The notes under the pieces are model-generated. The model was not told the origin of the DNA. It was given only the letters and a program-made list of their open reading frames with translations, and did not search any database. A program made the position numbers and the translations under genes. Below, piece by piece: positions 24,167 to 36,735 of a DNA stretch of 64,000 nucleotides; within the stretch, counting starts at the first letter, position 1; the number at the start of each line of letters is the position of its first letter. Source of the stretch: Iphione sp. A-MEVVRFRX5 (taxonomy: Eukaryota); assembly GCA_976226885.1 (NCBI GenBank), contig OZ320322.1:27218001-27282000 (forward strand). Reading direction: 5' to 3'.

Positions 24167-27100
24167 CTAATGTGAAAACTGTGTCCGTGTTTTGATTGAC
24201 TACAACGGCATGGAAAGTGGGGCCCTGGCTAGAGTCGGTTGCCAAAAGGACCCTTCGGATAAAACCACATCGCTAGTGTTAAGAGTTCAGACGCACCCCC
24301 CAAAAAGACACCTCGGACGCACTCGGTATCTCTGTCCCGAATTTGAGTGAAACGTGACGGAATTGTCACTGTTTTCTCTTCGATGCATGGGATGTTGTTT
24401 CGCTGAGCATGGGGATGACACAAATAAGCCAGCCGCCCAACCACGACATAACGCATAAAGTATTTGGTAAGCTAGATAGGATACCCTTTTTCATGCTTCC
24501 CATGATTATCCAAACATTGTATTTATCATATATCTTTAAATAATTTATCAAAATAGGCGTAGGTAGAAGCTATAAAATGTGTCTTCTAATGAGTACCATT
24601 ATTTCCACAGAATGTCAAGGTATTTTGTGGTTAGGTCCTTGAATAGTTTGCTAGGAATATAACATTTTCATAATTGAATCTTTCACGATTCACATGTGGA
24701 ATAGAAAAGTACAATTTGCAGTGTTTTTGCGGTCGAAGAAAGGTTTATTTGTAAGGGTTTCCCAAACCCATATTTCGGTCCAATATTGGTAGGACTACAA
24801 ACACTAGAGGAATTATTAGAATAGTGCGCCTTGGGCTACAGACAACGTTTACATACCGCCCGTCCCAGGGCCAGACGTTCTTGTGTCTGTATCGGCAGGA
24901 TGTTAGTTTGTTATTTGTATCGTTTTACGGCGTCCGACATTCGTCTTCCGCCGTGTATCCCGCCTGTATATGAGACGGTCTCACATGAGCCGCTTCCATC
25001 AAAATTAGCCTCCTCCCGTGCCGCAAAATAGTGGAGATGTAGCTGATAAAAAGAGGAGACCCTTCAGTATCATACCCAACCTTCTTACAGTTCAGTATAC
25101 TTTCTGTCGTTGTACCACCTAACAAAATACATGTATGCAACTATGGATATAGAGAGGAAGGCCTAATACATTGAGACAATATTAAAAGGACCAGGGGTAT
25201 TCTTGTGTGATCAACATCATCATTCCTGATGAGATCTTTCCAGCATATAATTGTGTACATGCACAATACTGTATACATTATGATACGTCTCTTAAGCACA
25301 AATGTATGCTCGGAGAAAGCATAGGTTAAACATATCAGAAAATATATACCCACACTCAATCCACTTTTCTCCCTGTAAATACCCTCTTTCACCCCACCCC
25401 CCCACAATCCTATTACAGTTGGTAACTCTCTAGTGCCCCTCATGTCATTCCATGGCATCAATAATGAAATTCTCACATGAATAGACCTGTATGACGTACC
25501 CTAACTCCTCTTATGCGCCCTCAACTTCCCAAGCTGATAAAGACAAATGTCGAATCAGAAAGCTTTCGAAAATTCTCCAAGTCCAATATTTAGACTGATT
25601 GAAGTAGTAGTAGCTTCAACTCAGGCAGTCGGCTTTGAGATTGGGGGCGGGGGGGGGGAAGGGTACCTTTTAAACATGTTAGAGGACTAAAACGAGCCAG
25701 CTACCGAAGTTTGGCATCTGGCGGCTCTAAGCCTGTCTCGAGCAGGTGCCAAAAGGTAATGAGGCCCCTTTGGCAGTTCAGAAATTGGTGTTAGATCAAT
25801 GTTTAGAGAGCAGCCCTTGGTAGCGGAGCCTATCCCTCTGCGAAGTCACCAGTGCAATGCTATTTAAGCGCTCTTGCTGTATGGTATGTCTAGTTCGAAC
25901 AGTCAAAGTTGTGTGTCCCTCCTCACGCGGCTCCTGCCTACTTTCACTGTACGAGTTCTCTCATACTACCGCGAGACCAAAGTCCACGTGAGTTATGGTA
26001 GCATGAACAAGTCCAACACAGGTCTTCAGTTGCTTTTGTTCGCACAGTGTTGCCTTTACTACGAACATCCATTGTGTGAATGTGTTTTAGCTATTTGTAT
26101 TCTATTATTATTTATTGAGTTTTTATGGATAACGAATGAGTAGTGCAAAGTTGCTACATGTACTTTGAATGTGACACGCACCGAGATACTGCATGGTTGT
26201 GAGAGGGATTTATAGATACCTGTGTTCTTCACGGGTATAGAATTATCAGTGGAGGTCACATCCACTGTACATTTATCAGTGGTAATGGATGATGTGACCT
26301 CCACTTACTGCAAGGATTCGTGCAGTGGTAAAATGGGAGGGGCTCATTCTTTGATGTCTGAGCCAGCATCCAAGGGTGTTACATCACCTTAGGCAGATGT
26401 CAGTTCCCTTTTCCCTTCAATGGGAGAATTAGTGTTAAATTTGAGGTTTGGGATTTGCTTAAAGGTGAGCCAGTGAGTTTGGGTCTTACATGACATTAGT
26501 CAGGAGCTTGAGTTGATTGACAGGCTAGTCATGTCCGACCGGGACATGCACTACGACACGGCGGCAGGTAGGGTGCAAAGGGACTGTGACATTCACTCAG
26601 GTGGGTGGGGGTGGGGGGTTGGGTGGGAAGGTGCTCGTGACAAAGGCTCAGCCTTGGTCAGTGCGTCTCCTCTCCTGAAATGGGTGGACCATAGATGATG
26701 CTGTCACCTACAGTCCAAAGGCTGAACTAAGCATTAATCTGCATAATATCATACATAATCAACCATATGACTGGTGCTATTACCGTGTTTGGACTATTCA
26801 TCCAGTGCAGGTTATGGTGCCACCACCAGAAACATGACGACCAAAGAAATATATAGGCCAACAGCTGTAACGAGTGCAATTGACCGTTTGCCGAGTTGTC
26901 AAGCACCCCCTAAAACAACATAATTTGCTTGCAAAATGACATCATAATTAGACTTTCCTCCCATCCAAATGTGTTGTTTTTCTGACATTCCCGGCCCTTG
27001 TCACAGACTGCGCAAACCTTGCATTGTATCCGGGTAGCTGATACACTGTTGGTACGTATGATATACAGTTGGAACTCGCACAGGAGAACATCCTTGGCAA

Positions 27101-28089
27101 TGGAAGGTCTTGGTCTCTCCCCCACATTAGTCTCCCCTATTGGTCTGAAAGTGGGTGTCTATTATACTGTCCCAACCTGCAGCTCGTTGGTGTGGTAGGA
27201 ACTCTTAAGCCAAAAGGCTTAACACGTGCTAGTACCGGAGAGTGCCTCGGAGTGGTTGAGAGCAGTTCGGATTGCTAGAGACTTTGCATTTCACTTTGTA
27301 AAAAGGTGACTTGAGGAAGTGTGGGAAAACACCCTTCAAAATAACTCTCCACCTGTTTCTTACGCCTACTGCCCAGAAAATATCGCACGTGTACAGTATG
27401 TTTCTTCAATATTAGGTAATATTGCAGGTACCTCCGTTTTGAATTGGCTGTTGCTTTATTCAGAAATTTGTATTTTATACTGATAGTTTATTTATCGGTT
27501 TACAGCTGAATTTTTTTAAACGCTACCCGGTTTATCTGGTTAGTTTTTATACAGGAATAAATGCGTACAAACAGTGTTCTTGCATAATTGGAAAGGTTAC
27601 ACCCAACCCATGTCAGGGGAAAGTGCGCTGGGCTGGCTCTGGGGGCATTGTGGGCGGACAGGGAAAGGAATCTGGGTGACAAATATTTTCAAAGCGTACC
27701 TGTGGTATAATGACATGTTCACTTTGCATGTGAGATTGGCCTATGTGTACAATTTGGGTCTTCATGCTTGAAAAAACAACAATGATCCGCTTTGGTATAC
27801 ATGTACACATGTGCCCGGACATCTGCTAGGGCGTGCAGCTGTTATCACACCCAGAAACCTCACTACTAAAACGATGGATGTTTGGACAATATGTCAATAA
27901 TCTACAATGGTTTCCAAGCACACGGCCACTGGGATTCCTGGTATATAAGTATTATGACGTGGCAAAGCCTCTGTTCTCTCTGTTCCTGGTACATTTGTAT
28001 ATATTAACAAGTCGTATATATTTTCTCAACGATCACTGCAGTTATATTTTTTTCCTGTCTTCTAGATCTAATTTAAAGTGCGAATTTAA

Positions 28090-28117
<28 letters not shown>
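28090..28117. repeat. (CT)n microsatellite
   Basis: Direct reading. Confidence 0.95.
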
Positions 28118-28121
<4 letters not shown>

Positions 28122-29689
28122 AGAAAAGGTCATTCAGCTCTTCCGTTCATCTGTGGTACAGGCCACGTTTATTATTGTGTCTGAACACAGGATGGCATTC
28201 ATGAGGTTGAGACGAAGGTCAAAGCCTGCGACTTGTAACAAACCCTGAACGGCAAAGTTGCACGCCAGCTTCTGTGATGTGGGTTTGATAGCGGGTACGT
28301 TGCAGTTATTTGTGTTTGTTTTAAGTGGAGAGTGCCGCCACCTGGCAACGGAAAGTGGAACACCTTCGGCAAAACTACACGTGTGTGTTATCGAGGCTTT
28401 TTCGCTCGAACCTCATTCCTTCTGCTAGTTGTACTTTTCCCCCTCGACCCGTTAGCTTTATGTAGACAAACGTACTCTACTAAATGACAGAGTTAATCGC
28501 GATCCACACTCGTCTTCTACCATAAGCACATGCACTTAGTCTTCGCTTGCGGTCTCCCCTAATAATTCTCCACTCTACAAGCTCGTTTCAGTTAACATGG
28601 ATAATCTGAAATAGAATCAGCCTCAGAACTGCAAGCCGGTGTTTATGATTTTGGTTTCGTTGCAAGTTGGTCTCCTCTCGTCTATTTTCTCCTGGCCCGA
28701 CATATTCAATCATATTCACACGAATAGTGCCCTAATTAGGTTTCAAACTTCAAATTGTTAAACTTTGAGCATCGTGGTCAACTGCCTGAAGCATTATTGT
28801 GATCAATGTGCTTTTGTGGGCCTCAATGTCCAATTAAGATAGAAGAAATGTTGACCCCCTAGACAAAGATGGAAGATTTTGCACATAAGGCTGACACACA
28901 CGGAAAGAAATTGACCTATGGCCAGGGGTAAGTGTACGATGCAACACCAATATAATGTCTGGTCGACTGTAGCGCCGTAATTAAGCAATACACATACGTT
29001 TTGTCTTAAAGTTTGCGACAATTACGCCGAATATTCTTTTATATAATTTAGCGTTCACAAATGATAATTCGTTTGTGTTAGCACGAGTGTGGTCAATAAG
29101 AAAGAACCCAAAGGAAGGATTATTCTATATCTGAATATTCTTCTGTATTTCTCCCTCCCTCGTTCCCACCCTTTCCCCATCTCCTTCCATTCTCCTCTTT
29201 CTTTCTCATGTGCCGCTTTTGTGATAGTTGTGGCCATATCTCCAAGGGGGCGCCACCACAAACGTCTGCTAATTGGCAAGCTGTACGGATCCAATTTGAA
29301 ATCATAGGCGATCTCAATACAAGTACATGTACGCATAGTTCTTGTGAACCAAGCGAATCGTCTACCTTTGTCTCTCTTTCCTACGAGTATCATTCCGCCT
29401 TTTCTGGCTCGTTTCATTTATATTCCAATGACTCGAGATCAAAGGGTCTACCAGTGTGGTGGGTAGTGTTGTTTAGCTGGTGAGGCGTATCCTCTAATGA
29501 ATACTAACGGGAGCGTTTTACATTGCTAATAGGCCACTGGCGAACGGTACAAAAAGGAGCGGATCGATGCGCTCGATAAAGTAGTTCCGATGAGCCACCA
29601 CTTTCCAATGGTACACATGTCTTTCTCTGTTATTATCTGGCTTGTCTTTTTAGGCTCCTTTGTCCTTACTGTGAATTGTTCATTTAATA

Positions 29690-29718
29690 ATATATTTTTC
29701 TCTTGTTTTCAGGTGAGT
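29690..29718 (+). other. Juxtaposed 3'/5' splice site (candidate recursive splice site)
   Basis: TATTTTTCTCTTGTTTTCAG|GTGAGT with the junction at 29712/29713. Confidence 0.5.
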
Positions 29719-32584
29719 GCCCACAGTATTCTGCAAGGTTAAGGTAGGGGATCAATTTTGTACTGCCTTTTTGGGACCCACAGCACGTAAGAGCAGGCTT
29801 CTGTGATATCTCACCAATGGATATTCACATTATTTTCACAAACAAACCTAGGCTCCATCCATATCTTGTGCGTGCTGTCACCGAAAATCAACCACTCACT
29901 TTTGCTCAGGTCACTACATCAATAAAATATACTCATGTATGTACATGTATATCATTAAGTAAGGTATTCCCAAATTGGTAGATGACCTTTCCTTTGTTGT
30001 TAGTAAAAAAAAATGTCTACCGGGGTTTCTCAACGATTACCATTTTATACGTGAAGACAATTGTGAACGAAGGGGTGCAAGCTCTCACCTCCACGTCCAT
30101 AGAAGCCACGTGGGCCAATGTTGAATCGCACCCTCAGCCAACTATACCATGCAGACACGTCTATTTCTAGCACTGTACTCTAGCTGATGTACACAAAGTG
30201 GTAGAAGCAATTCCAACTGCTTAAATGCTGCATAGACTTTAGAGAACCGTGCTCGAGCACAATCATTTGACGCCGACTGCGTTACAGTTCGTATGTAGGA
30301 GGGGAGGTCTTATCCGTTGAAAACTGTGGTTATGGAATTCATATTATAAGCATAAATTGTCTTTGACCGGCCGGTTTAATATAGTATCGGAAGTATTTTA
30401 TTACCAAAGTAAAGATTGGGTTATATGCACGCATTCTTACCGCCGATCCACTAGGGTCAGTGAGGGTAGACGTTTGAATAGTTAATCCTGATTGATAAAT
30501 AGTGTATCTTAAATTTAACAAGTTGATAAATATTTTATCTCAAATTTAACACTTGGTGTCTGAACTTTATTCTTTTCCGATGACCTTACAAGACTGAGTG
30601 GACTACTCTTACATAGTTGTCCAAAAAACAAGGAGAATTCCCTCATAGGTTTCCCCATAGTGCGACCAAATTTAAAGGGTGAGCTACTGCTAGGCCTAAT
30701 TCACAGGGCCACCTGAAAAAGCAACTCTTGTTTTTCTCCGAGAAAGTGTTTGCTCGCTCAAAGGCGACTCCCTCACTCCAAATGCTAACCGCCTCGATGT
30801 TGTTGCCAAGCCTCAAAGTTAAGATTACATGTTAACCCCTGCTCCTCGGCTTCACCTCTCTAGATAATGCGACACTATGCGGTCAGTGCAAGGCCGGCCA
30901 AACTTTGAATACCGGCGTAGATAATATTTGGAAAGTCACTGGGCGAAAACGTTTAACAAAACAATAGATACTCTCCCCGAGTTCGATAGGTCTGTATAAT
31001 ATTGCCTTCTATATATGGCGATTCAATACTGAAAAGTAGGTCTCGCCCTTTACTGAAATATCGAATTTTAGAGAGGAAATCAATAATTCTACATCGATGC
31101 ACTCTTACTCCGCACTTTGATCAAATATTTTGTTAAAAGGACCTCATCTGTATTTTTTTAACTGGCGGTACAATTCCTTCCTGTCAATACAAAAGAGCCC
31201 ATTAAACATTAAGGGCGGATATGGATTTAGAATTCAAAGGATCCCAGATCGTTTTATTAATTGTGCCATCAGATAAGCCCCCCCCCCCTCGATCGTTTGA
31301 TATACGTTTCTGAAACATTTATTGGTGCATGTGGTATTGGTTTTCCTGAGTGGCTTAAAGAAATTGATCGAAATTTGGGCGAGCACCGCTTCCAAGGTAC
31401 CAGTCCCATTGCGTGGGTGGCCACGTATTTAGTGATTGACTCATTTTTAAGGGGGGCGGAAGCTCACCACAACCTCGGGTATCGTTAAGGCCACCAAAAA
31501 AGAGCCGCCTAAAAACGATTTCTGCCGACTCTGAAAACAAGGCGTTGTTTCGGCGTACAATAAACACAACGGGAGCCAGCTCCCCCTAGTGGAAGCTGAG
31601 CGCACCTGCCCTCCCTGCTCGCTGGAAAGTAAGACGCCGCATCAGGAATGGGTGGAGGCGGGGGGGGTGAATAAGAGGGGGATAAAAAAAAGATTTTCTC
31701 CGGCTGTACTTCTTGGTGAGCCGCTCCCTCCGCAAGTCGTGTCATATCTCGCGGTGTAGGTGGATCCGTTTTTATCTGGCTGGGCGTTCCTCCATCTCTC
31801 GAACCCGCCACTCAACACTGTCTCCAGAAGGTCTGCTGGGCCGACTACATGATGTATTATCGCCCAGCTAGCGTCGGCGTCATCTGATACATCCATCATG
31901 GAGCCATTGAAATACTGAAGTCACTCTGTATTACTCCTAATTGCGATTTCATATCACCGAGGCGTGTGTAGGTATAATTACGTAGTGCTATCAAAAATTA
32001 CTGGTCTCTTCATGGTTTTTTTTGGTTATTTCCTATGCGTGCTTTATTTGCTGAATCACTCTTTCGATATTGTCATTTGTCAGCTGTCATAGCTTTCAGA
32101 TGTGATAATTCTACCATGACGTATATGCATGTACTGTCAAAGGACACTATACAGGCTGACCTTGCTAAGGTTACCCTGCTATTTCTGCTCGTGTCCTCAG
32201 AGTGGCATGCAATTATAAATGCGACAGCACATATAGTACTTCAATGCTTTTACTGTGACAAGTACCTTTGGCGTCTGTTACAGAGCGCGGACCTGATAGT
32301 AAGCATTCAAAGGTCAAGGTTGTTTGTGTATTACTACACTCAACTGAAAAAGTAGCGCCAGAAGTTTGCTTTGCTTTCTTCTATATTCTGTTTTCTATCA
32401 TAAAATATATGGTAGTATCAATTATTCCCAAAAGGATAAAAATATACATATCAGAGAAAAGAAATTATGATGTTTAGGAAGAGTCTCACATTCATGAGAC
32501 CTCTCTCCATGGCCGGTCTACTTTCAGGCAACGTTTTATATAGGTAGTGTAATCAAGCCCAGAGTCCTACGTGGGCATCTTTAC

Positions 32585-32740
32585 CTAGGTGTTTTCGTGT
32601 TGCTTCAACTATAACAGATGCACGCATGAAAATTGGGGCTCGGGCAGCTTTTTACACTACTCTTATAAAACGGCTGCCGGAAGTGAGTCCCATGCGTTAT
32701 GGTCACTGCGCATGCCTGAACGTTGGAGGACCAATCACAG
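32585..32740. promoter_or_regulatory. Housekeeping-type promoter motif cluster, possibly with a - strand first exon
   Basis: TATAAAA 32664-32670, ETS CCGGAAGTG 32677-32685, NRF1-like TGCGCATGC 32707-32715, CCAAT 32731-32735. A - strand donor CTAG|GTAAAG lies at 32585. Confidence 0.5.
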
Positions 32741-32974
32741 ACCTGCTTCCAGAAGGGTTTGGCTGACGGGGATGGTATCAGGTTACTGCGTGGCGGCCGT
32801 ATCAACTCCCAGTGCAAGCGGCGAAGCCGCTTGTTATTGTACACATTCAACCATTTCATATATGTAGCCATTTACTGGGTGGCAAATCTGATATGTGTGA
32901 ATGCCTAAGTTTCTTTTAGATATGTCCACCCATTATGCTTACGGATGTGTTACCACGATGATGATCAGTTTTCT

Positions 32975-33300
32975 TTTCATACAGACTGACTGAGAGGTTG
33001 CAGGTTCAATCCCAGGCCTGGGACTCTTCAGCAGGACCAGACAGATTTACTGTAGCCCCAACCCAAAGTGGCCCACAACTTGTAAAAAGGCTGTGGGTGT
33101 ATAGGATTCTATCCCCTATTCACAAAAAGATCTCAGAAACCTATTTGAAATAAGAGTAGGGGACAACCCCGAGTATTCTGGTCTCTCAATTCTCTATAAT
33201 ACATAGTAGTTTGCTACCCCAGGAGGATATGGAAGACCCCTGTCATGTGATAGGGAATATCTAGTTCCTGGTAAAGGATACAATGAAATGAAATGAAATG
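32975..33300 (+). mobile_element. tRNA-derived SINE with Deu domain (DeuSINE / BflSINE1-like), 5'-truncated
   Basis: B-box GGTTCAATCCC at ~33003. AAAGATCTCA...TAAGAGTAGGGGACAACCCCGAGTATTCTGG at ~33125-33182 matches the remembered Deu/AmnSINE1 core (AAAGATCCCA...TAAGAGTAGGGG..AACCCCGGTGTCCTGG). (GAAAT)n tail at ~33282-33300. Confidence 0.75.
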
Positions 33301-34369
33301 TGTAAGGAGGATGCTTGATAGATTAATGCCAACAGAAGGGGTTCTCTTCCTGGTCATTTGAGGTTGTTTTGCCTATTGTAGTACGCTACATAAGGGTCCA
33401 TAAATCTCTCAGGATAGAATGGGAAACACAATCTACAATATGTACATGGAAAAAGCCGTCTAACGCTAGTTGTGTGCGTGTGCGTATGTCTTTAATGTGG
33501 CACCTCGCTGTATACCACAACTTGAACTAGATATTTCGGGACTACGAAACGGTCGCCATACACACACTCATGATAAAATGTTTTTGAAGCTAGCCAAGGA
33601 CTTTCGAACGCACTTCACTTTTTTAGGGACAGTCATTGAACATTTCGCAGTACAGGTCTATTTTTATAGCCCTGCAAACAATTCAAAGTCGGCCATTATA
33701 TTGACTCAGCGTATTGCCTCGGTATATATTCCATCCCAAATGGGTCCACTTTTAAGTTCAACTCTCTCAGTGTGTTTAAAATGGGACAAAGTGCGTAGAT
33801 AACAACTGTCTCGGTCTGCGTTCTATGGGGCTATTACCGGTGGTGCACATGCCTAGAAGTAGCCGGAATTTCTAGGACAGTCTGCAGATACGGACGGAGC
33901 GGTGGCTTTGGTGAGGCCCGGCCGGCTGCTGGCTATGAAGCTGAAGATGTATAAAAAAAAGAGCAGTACGACTTTTTTTTGGTAGGGACGAGAGATTTAT
34001 AGAGCAATGTTGTTCTTGTTTCCTATACCCCCCCCCCCACTACTCCGCGTAACACCTCTACCGCATGCAGATTTAACGTCGATAAGTGTATGTGTGTGGG
34101 TGTATGTCTTAACATTGTATATAATAAGCCATCCAGAGGCAGGCATGTATCATGTCTTAAATCGAAATGACGCCATCTTCTCGGGGAAATACTCCCAGAC
34201 AAACAAACACGTCACAACCCTGCTCTCCAGAAGACTCCCATTCGGTTGACACTTTTTAGCAGGAACATAACATTTTCTTCCTAGTGCAGCAGGCAGAGCA
34301 ACCTGTACACTACGTCTGCTGCTACCTGGAAATCAGTACCACGAAAATGACCGTAAAGTTCATTCTTAG

Positions 34370-34864
34370 AACGCCCGCCTCCGAGGCGGGAAAATAATTA
34401 ATAGGGTTCGTTTTCTTCAAGCATAAACAGAACCCGGTATACCGGTGCAACACATCCATGTTTACCTATTGCACTGCCCTCTTGGCGTTTGCGCATTGGG
34501 ATTCCCCTGTGTTGGCGGGCACGGAGGTTTTGCGGTATGTATACGGCCGATGTGAGCTGGAGGGAGTTATACGTAGTTAGCGGCGTGAGCAGCTCGCTTC
34601 TGCGGCAGTAGTGGTGGTAGTTACCGCACGGCAAGGGCGCACGGCGAGGCCGAGGTGTCGGACACAAGCTTTCGAAGGAGACCGCGGACACTCTCAGACC
34701 TCATTTCGCAATCAACTTCTCTTACCTGGGCAGGGATTTTAACCTTCGCACGCACTGTATAGCTGATTTTTTTTCATTGCTGCGGCACACGGAGTGCCTT
34801 GTAATCCACGTGGATAGTGTGGACTGATAATAATTCACAGCAGCGCTAAGTAGAAGAGACCACC
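34370..34864 (+). promoter_or_regulatory. CpG-rich putative promoter / 5' UTR of the giant exon
   Basis: Local CpG enrichment, GC-box palindrome CCCGCCTC-C-GAGGCGGG (34374-34390), kB-like GGGATTCCCC (34498-34507) next to ATTGG. Directly precedes the ATG. Confidence 0.45.
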
Positions 34865-36696
34865 ATGTCCCGGGAACTTCCCGACGGAGCGGGAAGTTTA
34901 GGTGGAGCGGGGAGGTCAGGCCCACAGAGGGCCACCGTTTCGCATGCTTCTAAACCCAAAGGGCCACCCCCTCCCCCTCCTCCTACCCGAAGGACAGCCC
35001 CTCAACAACAGCAGCAGCAGCAGCGTCCAGGTATCCTGGAGTCCGCCCCGGTGGCAGCTAGCGGCGGCGGGCCGCACCCCAGAGTGACGCCCACGGCGCA
35101 TCCTTCAGACACGGCTTCTGCATCTTCGGCGGCGTCTCAGGTAGGTCAGTACTCCTCCTTCTCAGCCTCAGGCCCGGTCTCACTAAGAGAGTCGGAAGCC
35201 GAAGCTACTCGGTTACCAAGTGATGTAGTTTACTCCCCCGACTCGGCTCTCACATACTCTTTAACACCTGGAAGAAGTGAGAACGTTGGAGGAGTTGTGG
35301 TGGGGAACACTTCAGTCGGCAGGGCTTATTTTGGAGAAGGACAGGCTACCGGAGAGAGCCGGCAATGGTCCGCTTCTAGAGGTTTCACACAATCGTTTCA
35401 GTCTGATACGTCAGAAAGTCAGAAGCCAGGTGTTTATTTGGCACAGCATGAGGCTGGTGTTGGGACGCTAAAGCAGCCAGTCGCCGGTGCCACTGTAGTC
35501 GATAAGGAAGCCGAAAAAATGTCGTCTGCAAAATCTAAAGCGCCCAAAAGATCGCCGTCCGCGCGGGAACTGGAAAAGAAGTTAGAACTGCAAGGTTTTG
35601 TAGTTGTCTCGGATGAAAGTTTGCCAAAGCAACGTAGAAAAGATGAAATACCCAGTAGTGGTCTAGGTAAACAGCTTTGGCGACAACAGGAACAACATGT
35701 GGTCAGAATGCCGACGCAAGGTCAACTTCATGCAGGGGAAACGCGTCAGCAGGTCCAGATAGAGAGAGAAAGATTCTTTGAAGGCCAAGAAGAAAAACCA
35801 ATCGGAGAAGAACTAAGGAAAGGGACTGGTGTTGGTTCAACAGACAGAACAAAGAAAGAGGAAGAAAGGCCCAAAAGACAAGAAGAAGAGGAAGAAGAAG
35901 AGCCACGCCGGAGTGTCAAGGAATTGATAGCAGAACATAACAAGCAAGTAAGGTTATCCTCCTCCGGTTCAATGTCAGGTTCAGGCTCTGGCTTGGACCT
36001 GTCGAAGCAGACTTGGAGAAGCAGGACGTCGATGTCTTCATCGACGTCATCTCTGACATCCAGTGCTGAACACCTGTCTCAGCGGGAGGGCAAGCCGCCT
36101 TCCACCAGCAGACCACCAAGTGGCTTCGTCGAAACTGGAGCCGTCATGGCCGCAACGCAACAAGTGACAGTAAGCGAGTCCGAGCCACCTCAAGTAATGC
36201 AGGAAGCAGGCCCCGGGTGGGTGCAGCGAAATGTTGCCATGTTCGATCCCTCCAGTAGGGAACGACTGCGACTGTCACAGGTATATTCAGACGACGCTGC
36301 AGGCGCATCGTCGGAAGGCTCTACGTCAACAATAACATCGACATCGACGACAGAGACAGTGCAGCAGACATCGACATCACTCACACTGACAGGGGAGCTA
36401 ACTGCCCCGACAATTGGCGTCGGGCCACAGAAATCGCTCGATCAGAAGAAACATTCACAGAAGGTCACCTCCAGGTCGTCCAGCACGCACAGCGAACAGT
36501 CGCAGCAGGACGCCGAGGAGATTCAGAGTTATCACAGAGGTGTCGCGCCCGTGGGTGTAGGGAACATGGTACAAACGTCGCCCATTGCCATGGCTACAAG
36601 AGACACTCAGACGGACCGGACGCCCAGGGACAGCCCCATGAGTGTATCGTCTCCTCCCACGTCTCAACAACAACAGCAGCTGCAGTCCCAGCAGCA

Positions 36697-36735
<39 letters not shown>

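Noticed and set aside
28333-28348. CTCF-like core (TGCCAGGTGGCGGCA on the - strand)
   Set aside because: Single partial motif match; not distinguishable from chance.
31509-31915. - strand ORFs (85 and 100 aa) as coding exons of an antisense gene
   Set aside because: Weak acceptor, no clear donor, no recognisable homology.
23-34700. The many 60-130 aa ORFs in the track upstream of the giant ORF and at 61182-63624
   Set aside because: Lengths are at chance level; those with any motif content belong to decayed LINEs, and none has coherent splice signals plus homology.
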